Shown piece by piece: positions 14,131 through 25,719 of a stretch of 64,000 bases of DNA. Positions within the stretch are counted from its first letter, which is position 1; each line of letters opens with the position of its first letter. Source of the stretch: Eledone cirrhosa (Eukaryota); assembly GCA_964016885.1 (NCBI GenBank), contig OZ024741.1, positions 93,806,001-93,870,000 of the forward strand, given 5' to 3'. The notes under the pieces were generated by a model that was given only the letters and a program-made list of their open reading frames with translations, ran no database searches and had not been told where the DNA came from. The position numbers were made by a program, and so were the translations under genes.

Positions 14131-17100
14131 CCCAATTCAATGATGTTCCAGAACAATGTAAACGAGATAATTGCCAATTTGGGTTCTGGAACAAAAAAGA
14201 TCATTGGCAATAAGGGCAGGGGCCCCAAGTTATCACAACCTGGGCCCGCCCGTCATCGTGCCATTGTAATAGAGCCAAACAGGGCATTTAGTCTTGGCTG
14301 CTGGAACGTACGGACGCTGCTTGACAGGGATTCTTTGGAGCGTCCTGAACGAAGGACCGCTCTTGTTGCGAAGGAGCTTCGACGTTACGATCTTGACATC
14401 GTGGCTTTGTCTGAGACGAGGTTAGCTGGAGATGGTCATCTTACGGAATTTTGTGGAGAATATACATTCTTCTGGAAAGGAAGAGATGAAGGAACCAGAA
14501 GAGAGGCTGGGGTAGGATTTGCTGTTAAGACTGTACTGGTGAATAAATTGGAAGAATTCCCAGTGGGGATTAGTGAGCGTCTTATGTCCATGAGAGTTCC
14601 GCTGGACAAGGGAAGATATGCTACCCTGGTGAGTGTGTATGCTCCAACTATGAATTCTGTCGATGAAGAAAAACTGTCCTTTTACCATGCCTTGAAAGGT
14701 GTTTTAAGAAATATCCCTCAGGCAGACAAAGTCATCGTGCTTGGTGACTTTAATGCTAGAGTGGGTAGGGATTTTAACACATGGAATGTAATCGGAAGGC
14801 ATGGGGTGGGAAAGTGTAACAGCAATGGTATGCTCTTGCTGCAGATGTGTGAGGAGCTGGATCTGTGTGTTACCAACACCATGTTCCAACAAAAGAACAA
14901 ATTCAAGACCACATGGATGCATCCTGCATCTAAGGAATGGCATCTTTTGGACTACGTCCTAGTCAGGATGCGTGACAGACAGGATGTGCGGTGTGTTCGT
15001 GTTCTTCGTGGAGCTGAGTGCTGGACGGACCACCGCCTGGTACGCGCAAAAGTGAATCTAATCACCAAACGTAAAATCCGGGCTCCTGGTGTTACCCTGC
15101 CCAAAAGATTGAATGCTGCTCGTCTTAAGGATAAAAATGTGAAGAGGACATTGGAAGAAGAGATGCAGGCTGCAGATCTTGGTGAGGATTGGCCGACCCT
15201 TAAAAAGTCGGTTTATGATGTAGGCAGACGTGTTCTGGGATTGGTGCAGAGAAAACATCAGGACTGGTTTAATGAGAAAGATGTGCATATAGATGACTTG
15301 TTGGCTGATAAGAGGCGCGCTCTGTCACGCTACTTGACGGCAAGACCACAGGAGAGGAATACGTTGCATGAGGAGCTCAGGGATGTAAAATCACGTGTTA
15401 GGCGGAGTCTTTCTCAGATGAAGGATCAGTGGTGGAGTGAGAAGGCTGGTGAGATACAAACTGCGTCTGATTGCAATAACACAAAGCTGTTGTACAGTCT
15501 CTTGCGTGAGGTTTATGGACCGTCTTCTTCTCTGGTGACACCGATTCGCAGCAGGGATGGCAAAGAACTTCTTCGTGACTCACAGGGAATTCTACGAAGG
15601 TGGCGGGAGCACTTTGATGATCTTTTGAATCAGCCGTCTGTCGTCAGTGAAGATTTCCTCAATCTCATTCCGGAAAGTCCTGTGAAAGTAGCTCTCGCAG
15701 AGCCTCCGACACTTGTGGAGGTTGCAGTGGCTATTTCGAAGCTGAACAGTGGAAGATCTCCAGGTATGGATGGCATACATGCTGAGCTCCTACAATATGG
15801 TGGTGAGAGACTCCTGCAACATCTTCACTCTCTGTTTGGAAGGATATGGGCTAATGAATCCGTGCCTGAGGACTGGAGAGATGCAGTAATGGTGGTCTTG
15901 TACAAGGGAAAGGGTAACAGGAATGATTGTGGGAACTACAGAGGTATATCATTGCTTTCTGTCGTGGGGAAAGTTTTATGTAGGGTGCTTCTGGACCGTC
16001 TGCTGACACACATTGCAGATTGTGTCCTTCCTGAAAGTCAATCTGGTTTTCGTGTTGGACGCGGCACTACTGATATGATCTTCTCAGCTAGACAGCTCCA
16101 GGAGAAGTGCATTGAACAGGGCTTGGATCTGTATCAGGTTTTTGTCGATCTGACAAAGGCTTTCGATACTGTCAACAGAGATGCATTATGGAAGGTTCTC
16201 CAGAAACTTGGTTGCCCTGATAAGTTCCTTGCTTTAGTTAGGTCTTTCCATGACGACATGAAGGCTTGGGTTAATGTCGGAGGTAACATGTCGGAGCCTA
16301 TCTCAGTAAAAAATGGAGTGAAACAGGGGGATATTCCAGCACCGACCCTGTTTGCCATATACTTTGCAATGGTTTTCTGTGTTGCATTCAGGAATTGCGA
16401 GCATGGTGTTTACATCCGATATCGAACCTCAGGCAGCATATTTAACATCAGGCGCTTTGCTGCGAAGACAAAAGTATTTACATCAGTCATAAGAGACCTC
16501 TTGTATACAGATGATTGCGATCTTGTAGCGCACACAGAGAGTGATATGCAGCACATTTTGAATGTATTTTCTGACGCTTGCACTGCCCTGGGTTTGACTG
16601 TCAGTCTCAAGAAAACCGTCGTCATGTACCAACCTGCACCTGGTAGGCAGTACACTGAACCAAACATCTATGTGTATGGCAAACGACTTGGAGTGGTTGA
16701 TCAGTTTGTCTACCTGGGAAGCACTGTCAATCGATACGGCAACCTTGACAGTGAAATCTCACTTAGGATTAGGAAAGCAAGTGATGCTTTCGGAAAGCTA
16801 GAAAGGCGACTCTGGGGTCGGCGAGACATATGCAGGAGGACAAAGGTAAAGGTGTACAGGGCATGTGTACTCTCTTGTCTTCTTTATGCCTGCGAGACCT
16901 GGGTCGCATATCGACGCCACCTTAAGCAATTGGAGCGTTTCCATCAGATGTGTCTCAGACGGATACATGGCGTTCGCTGGAGGGACCACATCAGTGATGT
17001 CGAGATTTTGGAAAGCTCTATGTGTGACAGTATAGAAGCTCTTGTGCTTAAGCAGCGACTCCGTTGGAGTGGTCACCTTGCCAGGATGAAGGATTCTAGA

Positions 17101-17693
17101 ATACCAAAACAACTCTTCTATGGAGAGTTGGTTAAAGGAAAACGACCGCCACATAAACCAAAAAAGAGGTATAAGGATTCCTTGAAGGCCTCTCTGAAAG
17201 ACGCTAACATCTCTGCTGATACATGGGAAAATATTGCTGCTGATCGTAATAAATGGAGAAAGACTGTATATGAGGGAAAAGTTGCCTTTGAGGCATCTCG
17301 AATCGCACACGAGAAAGTAAAGCGGGACGTGAGGAAGGGTATTGCTGTTGCACTTCCAGACGGCGAGGGTCCTCCTATGTTTCTGACATGCAGCGTCTGT
17401 GCGAGACTCTGCCTAAGCAAAGCTGGACTCGAAAGTCATCTTCGCAGTCATAAAGTAAGACCAGTGGTTGACTACCAGGCTGCTGTTGGAGATGCTACTC
17501 ATCATGCTTGCCAAACATGTGGTAGAGAATGTAAATCAGCAGGAGGACTCAAGCGACATGCAAAAGTACACGAACTCCAACCACAGCCGACTATTCCCAG
17601 TAAATGTTTTGGTTGCCGACTCTGTGCAAGACATTTTGGATCATTGGCTGGGCTAAAAAGCCACATTCGATCGCAGCACTGTTAGTTGCTATC

Positions 17694-17731
<38 letters not shown>

Positions 17732-17810
17732 GCTTATGTGCGTGCGTGTGTGTGTATATATATATGAATATGTATATTATTATTGTTGTTGTCGTTATTA
17801 TTATTATTGC

Positions 17811-17865
<55 letters not shown>

Positions 17866-17935
17866 TTTTTTTTTTTTTTTTATTTTTTTTTTTTATTGTG
17901 CAATGGCCATACTCGATAACGAGGGGGCAGCCATC
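13501..17935 (+). mobile_element. Full-length RTE-clade LINE (5' UTR, single ORF, 3' UTR with terminal stem-loop)
   Basis: A block of mostly unique sequence between two TA/TATG arrays. Intact 1181-aa ORF. 3' terminus ATGGC..CTCG-ATAA-CGAG..GCCAT hairpin runs into the simple-repeat tail. The 5' boundary is inferred. Confidence 0.9.
14140..17685 (+). CDS. RTE LINE protein: APE endonuclease, reverse transcriptase and 3 C-terminal C2H2 zinc fingers
   Basis: APE: WNVRTL, LSETR, SVYAP, LGDFNA, LDYVLV, TDH. RT: [46 protein letters not shown]. Fingers: CSVC..HLRSH, CQTC..HAKVH, CRLC..HIRSQH. No stop or frameshift. Confidence 0.96.
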   Translation: MMFQNNVNEIIANLGSGTKKIIGNKGRGPKLSQPGPARHRAIVIEPNRAFSLGCWNVRTLLDRDSLERPERRTALVAKELRRYDLDIVALSETRLAGDGHLTEFCGEYTFFWKGRDEGTRREAGVGFAVKTVLVNKLEEFPVGISERLMSMRVPLDKGRYATLVSVYAPTMNSVDEEKLSFYHALKGVLRNIPQADKVIVLGDFNARVGRDFNTWNVIGRHGVGKCNSNGMLLLQMCEELDLCVTNTMFQQKNKFKTTWMHPASKEWHLLDYVLVRMRDRQDVRCVRVLRGAECWTDHRLVRAKVNLITKRKIRAPGVTLPKRLNAARLKDKNVKRTLEEEMQAADLGEDWPTLKKSVYDVGRRVLGLVQRKHQDWFNEKDVHIDDLLADKRRALSRYLTARPQERNTLHEELRDVKSRVRRSLSQMKDQWWSEKAGEIQTASDCNNTKLLYSLLREVYGPSSSLVTPIRSRDGKELLRDSQGILRRWREHFDDLLNQPSVVSEDFLNLIPESPVKVALAEPPTLVEVAVAISKLNSGRSPGMDGIHAELLQYGGERLLQHLHSLFGRIWANESVPEDWRDAVMVVLYKGKGNRNDCGNYRGISLLSVVGKVLCRVLLDRLLTHIADCVLPESQSGFRVGRGTTDMIFSARQLQEKCIEQGLDLYQVFVDLTKAFDTVNRDALWKVLQKLGCPDKFLALVRSFHDDMKAWVNVGGNMSEPISVKNGVKQGDIPAPTLFAIYFAMVFCVAFRNCEHGVYIRYRTSGSIFNIRRFAAKTKVFTSVIRDLLYTDDCDLVAHTESDMQHILNVFSDACTALGLTVSLKKTVVMYQPAPGRQYTEPNIYVYGKRLGVVDQFVYLGSTVNRYGNLDSEISLRIRKASDAFGKLERRLWGRRDICRRTKVKVYRACVLSCLLYACETWVAYRRHLKQLERFHQMCLRRIHGVRWRDHISDVEILESSMCDSIEALVLKQRLRWSGHLARMKDSRIPKQLFYGELVKGKRPPHKPKKRYKDSLKASLKDANISADTWENIAADRNKWRKTVYEGKVAFEASRIAHEKVKRDVRKGIAVALPDGEGPPMFLTCSVCARLCLSKAGLESHLRSHKVRPVVDYQAAVGDATHHACQTCGRECKSAGGLKRHAKVHELQPQPTIPSKCFGCRLCARHFGSLAGLKSHIRSQHC

Positions 17936-17950
17936 ATATATGTATGTATG

Positions 17951-17981
<31 letters not shown>

Positions 17982-18138
17982 ATATATATATATATATGTA
18001 TGTATATATATATATATATATGTATGTATATATATATATATGTATGTATATATATATATATATATGTATGTATATATATATATATATATGTATGTATATA
18101 TATATATATGTATGTATATATATATATATGTATGTATG

Positions 18139-18169
<31 letters not shown>

Positions 18170-18192
18170 ATATATATATATATGTATGTATG

Positions 18193-18225
<33 letters not shown>

Positions 18226-18322
18226 ATATATATATATATGTATGTATGTATATATATATATGTATGTATGTATGTATATATATATATGTATGTATGTATG
18301 TATATATATATATGTATGTATG

Positions 18323-18415
<93 letters not shown>

Positions 18416-18442
18416 ATATGTATGTATATATATGTATGTATG

Positions 18443-18478
<36 letters not shown>

Positions 18479-18534
18479 TATGTATGTATATATATATGTA
18501 TGTATATATATATGTATGTATATATATATGTATG

Positions 18535-18570
<36 letters not shown>

Positions 18571-18661
18571 TATGTATGTATATATATATATGTATATATA
18601 TATATGTATGTATATATATATGTATGTATATATATATATGTATGTATATATATATGTATGT

Positions 18662-18701
<40 letters not shown>

Positions 18702-18986
18702 GTATATATATATATGTATGTATGTATATATATATATGTATGTATATATATATATGTATGTATATATATATATGTATGTATATATATATATGTATGTATG
18801 TATATATATATATGTATGTATATATATATATGTATGTATATATATATATGTAAGTATGTATATATATATATGTATATATATATATGTATGTATATATATA
18901 TATGTAAGTATGTATATATATGTATGTATGTATGTATATATATATGTATGTATGTATATATATATGTATGTATGTATATATGTATG

Positions 18987-19024
<38 letters not shown>

Positions 19025-19028
19025 TGTA

Positions 19029-19062
<34 letters not shown>

Positions 19063-19110
19063 TATATGTATATATATATGTATATATGTATGTATATATG
19101 TATATATGTA

Positions 19111-19146
<36 letters not shown>

Positions 19147-19224
19147 TATATGTATATATATGTATATATGTATGTATATATGTATATATATGTATATATG
19201 TATGTATATATGTATATATGTATG

Positions 19225-19256
<32 letters not shown>

Positions 19257-19768
19257 TATATATATATATGTATATATGTATGTATATATATATATGTGTA
19301 TATATGTATGTATATATATATATGTGTATATATGTATGTATGTATATATGTATGTATATATATATGTATATATGTATGTATATATATATGTATATATGTA
19401 TGTATATATATATATATGTATGTATATATATGTATATATGTATGTATATATATATATATGTATGTATATATATATATATATGTATGTATATATATATGTA
19501 TGTATATATATATATATATTTGTATGTATATATATATGTATGTATATATATATGTATGTATATATATATATATATGTATGTATGTATGTATATATATATA
19601 TATGTATGTATATATATATATATGTATATGTATGTATATATATATATATGTATATATGTATATATATATATATGTATATATGTATATATATATATATGTA
19701 TATATGTATGTATATATATATATGTATGTATATATATATATATGTATGTATATATATATATATGTATG

Positions 19769-19806
<38 letters not shown>

Positions 19807-19990
19807 TATATATATATATGTATGTATATATATATATATGTATGTATATATATATATATGTATGTATATATATATATGTATGTATATATATACTAGTATA
19901 TATGTATGTATGTATATATATATTATGTATGTATGTATAGTATATATATATGTATGTATATATATATTATGTATATATATATGTATTGTA
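17936..19990. repeat. At least 2 kb of TATG/(TA)n microsatellite contiguous with the LINE 3' end, running into the gap
   Basis: Read directly from the sequence. Confidence 0.98.
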
Positions 19991-20190
19991 NNNNNNNNNN
20001 NNNNNNNNNNNNNNNNNNNNNNNNNNNNNNNNNNNNNNNNNNNNNNNNNNNNNNNNNNNNNNNNNNNNNNNNNNNNNNNNNNNNNNNNNNNNNNNNNNNN
20101 NNNNNNNNNNNNNNNNNNNNNNNNNNNNNNNNNNNNNNNNNNNNNNNNNNNNNNNNNNNNNNNNNNNNNNNNNNNNNNNNNNNNNNNNNN
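19991..20190. other. Assembly gap (200 N, probably a placeholder length)
   Basis: Exactly 200 N directly after a long microsatellite. Confidence 0.99.
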
Positions 20191-21178
20191 ACAGGATGTA
20201 TTTGTAATACACTTTACAGGGTATTACAGGTATTGTGGCAGCAGGACTAGATACATTGTTGTGCCTTTGACACAACTGAAAAGTCCTCTCAACCCTATAT
20301 TTGGCAGAGTTTTTTAACTGCTGGATGTCCTTAATGCCAGCCACTTTACAGAGTGCACCAAGTGCATTTTTCATGGCACCAGCTGTAGAGGGGTTGTCTT
20401 GCAATGACAGGATTTCTCACAGTTTCCATTTACCAGATCCACTGACAAAGGATTGGTCTGTCCAAGACTATAGTAGAAATTGCTGTACTGTTGGATCAAA
20501 CCTAAAAACCATATGGTTGCAAAGGGAACTTCACCTATTGAGCTGATATTAATAATAATAAGGGGTGGGTCTTTGATTAGACACAATTTCTTTAGGAGAT
20601 AGGCCTAATCAGTTGAATTACCCACAGTATATTACTGATTGAGTATAGCGAATCAAGCATTCATGCAGAATGCTCATCCTGTGCTGAATAACCTCAATAG
20701 TTGATATGTGGTTGGTATTCTAAAATGACCCATGACTAGGGATATGACAAAGATAGAAGCTTTTAGAATGTGGGGCTACTGCTGGATATCGAAAATTCCT
20801 TGAACTGAGAAAGTAAGTAACTTATAAATACTAGACAAGATACAACTGGATGGGCCCATGCTATTACACGACATTAGAAGACAATTGTAATAACTTGGAC
20901 ATAAATGACACAGTTCTGCTGGGATGGATTTGAAATGACTTGTCACTACTGCAGCATCTGAGAAGAAGACTAGTCTAAGTTGCAAACGAATATCTTGGTT
21001 TCATTGTGTGAAAATGATCAGCAACAAATTTATTGAGATAGAAGATATAATTAAGGATAGGGAGGAGTTGTTCATTGCATATTTGCTGACCATCATATAT
21101 AATGCATGATGATAATGATATTATTGGTACTTATTTTATTGACTCTGGATGACTAAAAGGCTAGAGGGATAACAGTTA

Positions 21179-21376
21179 CGAGGGTCAGCTCAAAGGTTCA
21201 TAGGCTGACCAAGATACTCTCATGGAATGACTAAATGAGGTTTATTTTTCAACATTGTCCCTGGAAAGAAACAATGCAGTTATTAATAAAAAGAGTTGAA
21301 ATTAATGCATGCAAGATTTCACAGCACTAGCATCATCCCTTCATAGTCAGCTTATGAACTTTTCAGCTTACCCTCG
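21179..21376. mobile_element. Tc1/mariner-type MITE
   Basis: TA|CGAGGGTCAGCTCAAAGGTTCATAGGCTGAC ... GTCAGCTTATGAACTTTTCAGCTTACCCTCG|TA: ~31-bp imperfect TIRs and a TA duplication. Confidence 0.88.
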
Positions 21377-21555
21377 TAAATACTGTAATGTATTTAGTAT
21401 GGTACCTTACTTTGTTTCTGTCACTTGGCCACCTGATAATGCAATATTATTAAAAATAATGAAGTCACTGAATTGGCAGAGTTAAGGTCCTCCTACCCTC
21501 CACTGTAATTTACTGTTACTTTAGTTAATGGTATTTTTGTTTTTCTATTTTATAG

Positions 21556-21672
21556 GACGGCAATATATTGGAAGTCTGCCTTGCCAAGTGGTGGGCAAAT
21601 CTGGGTGAAGTGACTCTAAACTATTCTGTCACTTTCCGTGGTATTTGTGTTGATTCGAAGCAGATTGTTATG
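21556..21672 (+). CDS. TPP2: TPP2 internal exon (DGNILEVCLAKWWANL...IVM)
   Basis: tatag|GAC...ATG|gtatag, 117 nt, phase 0-0. Matches the TPP2 segment E.C.A.WWA.L...Y..SF.G. Confidence 0.93.
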
Positions 21673-21969
21673 GTATAGTATTCTTTGATAATTCTACATT
21701 TCTAATTATTAGCATTTTATAGACACCCTGTAATTCTCACAGACAGACCTTTTTATCTGTCAGAAGTGTCTCTGCTTTTCTAGTACATACAGAGCTGAAA
21801 CATGTGTGGCAAAGCACCCCGTTCAACTCTTTAGCAATTCTTTTAATAAGCTCTATGAAATTTGAGGCCCTAATTTTTTATGATTTAGTGTTAAAGAATA
21901 AAAACTAATGATAAAATAAAAATATATTTTTAAAAATGCATTATTTTTGCATCAGGTATTTAAGATAAT

Positions 21970-22151
21970 TGTTTCTACTTTTGGCACAAGGCCAGCAATT
22001 ACCCAGTGCATTACTGGTACTTTATTTTATCGACCCCGTAAGGATGAAAGGCAAAGTCAACCTCGGCGGGATTTGAACTCAGATCGTAAAGGGACGTAAC
22101 TATGCTGGAAAGCATGGCGTCCGACCCTCTACCGATACTGCCAATCCACCG
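21970..22151 (-). mobile_element. tRNA-derived SINE with Nin/Deu-like core
   Basis: Minus strand has B-box GAGTTCAAATCCC and core GCCTTTCATCCTTACGGGGTCGATAAAATAAAGTACC. ATAAT on both sides. Confidence 0.88.
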
Positions 22152-22292
22152 ATAATGCAAAGAATTATGAATAATAAAAATATAAAAAGTATTTTCAATG
22201 AGAGGTAAATTTTGTAAGCTACTTGTTTATCTCTTTGAATATGTTTTATTTGAATGTAAGTCTTTGTCTGTCTTCTGTTGCCCATTCTCTAG

Positions 22293-22393
22293 CATGCAGC
22301 TGATGGAATTGCTCGGTGTAATGTTAAAGCTACGCTCAGACATGAAGAAATTTGTCCGAGCGTTTGCCTCAAGTCTTTAGCACAGCCACTTCG
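22293..22393 (+). CDS. TPP2: TPP2 internal exon (HAADGIARCNV...QPLR)
   Basis: ctag|CAT...CG|gtaagt, 101 nt, phase 0-2. Confidence 0.93.
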
Positions 22394-23253
22394 GTAAGTC
22401 AGTTTGAATATTGTCATTGGTGTCACGATTATTATTGTCTTCAGCACTACTACCAGTGTTATTAACCTCATTATCATCACCATTATCTTTGTTGTCATCA
22501 TCATCATTGTCATTGTTGCCAACTCATGGTTTCGAAACAATGCAGTGTAGAAGTTATAATTTTCAATAACATCATTAGGTAAAGAACTGTCAAGAAATCC
22601 AAAGGATGACCTGAGCTAAGGCTGTGAGAGCTGATCTCAAACCACTGAATCTCACAGTTGAGTTGATGAAGGAATGTGATGAGTGAAGGGATGCTGTGCT
22701 GGAAAATATCTGTCCAACCCATGCTAGCATGGAAAAACATGTAAAACAGCAATGTTGATGATACTGCTAAAAATGTATTCTTACAAATAATTAATTAAGA
22801 CATATGCTTTATCATGTCATATAATTTATCACTTTGGTGGTAAATGTGACTCTGTGGTGTATAAGAAACTATTATTTCATTTTATATCAGTAATGATTAT
22901 GAAAGGGGTTTTGTATAGAATTATTTTTTTCCCTTTTTGTTAGTGAATTTAGGCAGAGCAGTACTAAGATTATGGAATAAGACAACTAGGTGAATTTAGT
23001 ATGTAAAAAGAATGTAAAATACCTGGAATAAAATAAATTTCATAAAAAAAAGAAACAAAATTTCCTCCCCAATTTTTTAAAATGGGTTACTTAGAGAAGG
23101 AAGGGTAATATCCATGAGTTTTTTTAGGGCTGCCAAGCAAAACTGATGATAGAAACTTGACCCTGCCCCCTCTCCACACACACACACATACAGGTACAGA
23201 ATAAATATAATGAAAAAGAGAAATCCAATTTTTTAATGGGCTATCTTTTGCAG

Positions 23254-23353
23254 ACCTGCTGAACACAAATTACGAAGTTTAAATGGTCCACGCGATTTAT
23301 TACCAGAAGGGCGACAAATTTATGCAATTGAATTGACCTATAACTTCCATTTG
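23254..23353 (+). CDS. TPP2: TPP2 internal exon (PAEHKLRSL...RDLLPEGRQIY...LTYNFHL)
   Basis: gcag|A...TTG|gtatgt, 100 nt, phase 2-0. Confidence 0.95.
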
Positions 23354-25484
23354 GTATGTATTGCTAAATTTATTAATTTCTATAAAGACTTTTATGTGTG
23401 TGTTGTTACTCTAGAAATGCTGTTACTGTTTGGTAATTTAACCTTTTTGATGTCAACCAGCCGGTGTTACAGTTGATTACTTGTTTACCTCACTGGAATT
23501 TGAACTCTCAGCAACACTGTTTATCTGCACCAAATCTGCCAACCTAAGATGTATCTCATACTGTAGTAGAAATAAAGTTTAGTTGTTGAGGTTTCATGTT
23601 TTAATCCACTAAATTTAGTGAATTAAAGGTGGAAACCATCATAATGAGGATTATAAGTTTAATCTTTATCCAGAACACCAAATAGACATCTATCTAAAGA
23701 ACACAAACTAAATCAGTGTCTATTAAAGGAATGTAAGAGAGGAATATTTTTACTGCCACCTTGGACTTGCAACAGGTAGCCTATACCCTGCCCTCAAACA
23801 ACCCCACCCTACACCCTCTGTCACAGACTTCCCAGCCAGGTTGAGGATACCCCCCCCCCCCCTCTCAGTATTAAAATGTAATGTAGTGCTGGTTCTGCAA
23901 TATAATGTATTCAGCCCACACTGTAAATAGGTAGTGCCAGTGCTATGATAAAATGCACCCAATTCACACTGTAAAGTGGTAGTACAGGTGCCATGATAAA
24001 ATGTACCCAGTCCACACTGTAAAGTGGTTAGCATTAGTAAGGGTATCCAGTCATAGAAACCATGCTAAAATTGAATGTATGAGCAAAACACAGTCATCTG
24101 ACTTGTTTCGCCTCAGAACATGACAGCCTGTCTAACCCATGCAAGCATGGAAAATAGACATAAAACAGTGATGATGATCAGTATTTAGTACATATTGGTA
24201 CTTCAAGATACTAGTGTCTAATTGAAGAATGAAAAGAAAGGTGAATGGAAAAACAAAAATAGGCTTTGGAACCTGTGAAGACAGGTAAGAGGGATGAAGA
24301 AAATTTCTAATATCCACAAGAAAGTCCTGAATGCCACACAGTCTTATTTCATCATTTTCATCATCATCGTTTAACATCTATTTCCCATGCTTGCAAAGGA
24401 TTGGCAGGTTGTTTTGTAGTGGGTTTACATAGGTTAGGTGACTAATGCCCAACTTGTATGTTTTGTTTCTGGCTTGGTTTCTATGGCTAGATGTCCTTCC
24501 TAATGTACACTTTACAGCATGTACACAGAGCATTTTGTTATGACCCTGGTATTACCACCTTACAGAAACAACACTGTAAGACTATATATAAGAAATCCAT
24601 ATTTCTTTATGCAATCTCATAGAATATAAAAATTACTGCTGACTAAATGAGTTATTTACATGATAATTGCTTGAGGAGATTGTTATCAACTGTTAGACTA
24701 CTGACTTCAAATTTGATTATTTCCCTTTACCCTGTCCATAGAAACATAATAAACCCAATGCAGATATAACTTTAATTATCCATTTGTAGTTGGATAGATT
24801 AGGGTAACCCATTCAGGTATGACAAAGCAAATTTTGTAGCAATGTCTACTACCACCACCATTTTATATTTTGTATGGTGATAATTATAGATGGGATTGTC
24901 AGTATTGAATAAGAGATGCTCTTGACGGTTGGGTGTCTTTAAGCTATGCAGTTATGGATTAGGGAGCCTTTTCTATTGGAAGGATACATTTCATTTACTT
25001 GTTGCTCTACAAAAGAGCATGTAGAAAATATAATATATAAAAGTATGTTTTTTTTTAAAAAATCAGTTAAATAAAAACAATTGTTTTGTGGCATTACATG
25101 CTAATGCAAGAAGTTATGTTTTATAGCCAGCATGATAGAATATTGTTGCTACTGTTGATAATTATAATGATGTTGAGGATGATGGTGTTGATAGTAGTGC
25201 TTTGTTTTAGTAATCACTTTGACCTCAATATTGCTGTTTCATATTCCACTGCAGACTAAGTCTTGCTTGGGTCTACTGAACTGGAAAATAAGCATTTACT
25301 GAAAATTCTATGGTCTCTTGCTATGTCACTTACTCATAAATACCTACTTTATAACAATTTTATCAATGTACTTTTATAGCTCAAAATAATATTTTGTCAT
25401 AGTTTCTCTTTCTGTGAAACATTCAGCTACAAACTGATGAAATTTAACCTGATTTAATACATTTTTTACTCTATTTCTTCTTAG

Positions 25485-25622
25485 AGCAAGGGAGAAGAGG
25501 TTACACCTGATTGTTCACTGCTCAGTGATCTGCTTTATGAATCAGAATATGAGAGCCAACTGTGGATGTTGTTTGATTCCAATAAATACTACATCAGTTC
25601 TGGAGATGCATACCCTACACGG
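25485..25622 (+). CDS. TPP2: TPP2 internal exon (SKGEEVTP...[12 protein letters not shown]...SGDAYPTR)
   Basis: ttag|AGC...CGG|gtaagc, 138 nt, phase 0-0. Strongly conserved motif. Confidence 0.97.
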
Positions 25623-25719
25623 GTAAGCTGTGCAGTTATTTATTTATTTTTTTCCAGCTTTTTGTTTGATTGAATTAAAGAAACATTTTTTTTTACTCTT
25701 TTCCTGTGTCATGGTTTAA

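Noticed and set aside
17604-20404. Long ORFs over the third microsatellite and the N gap
   Set aside because: Same artefact, plus translation through N bases.
23143-23160. Hammerhead-like CTGATGA..GAAAC
   Set aside because: Only 2 nt between the core motifs, so no stem II, and no flanking stems.
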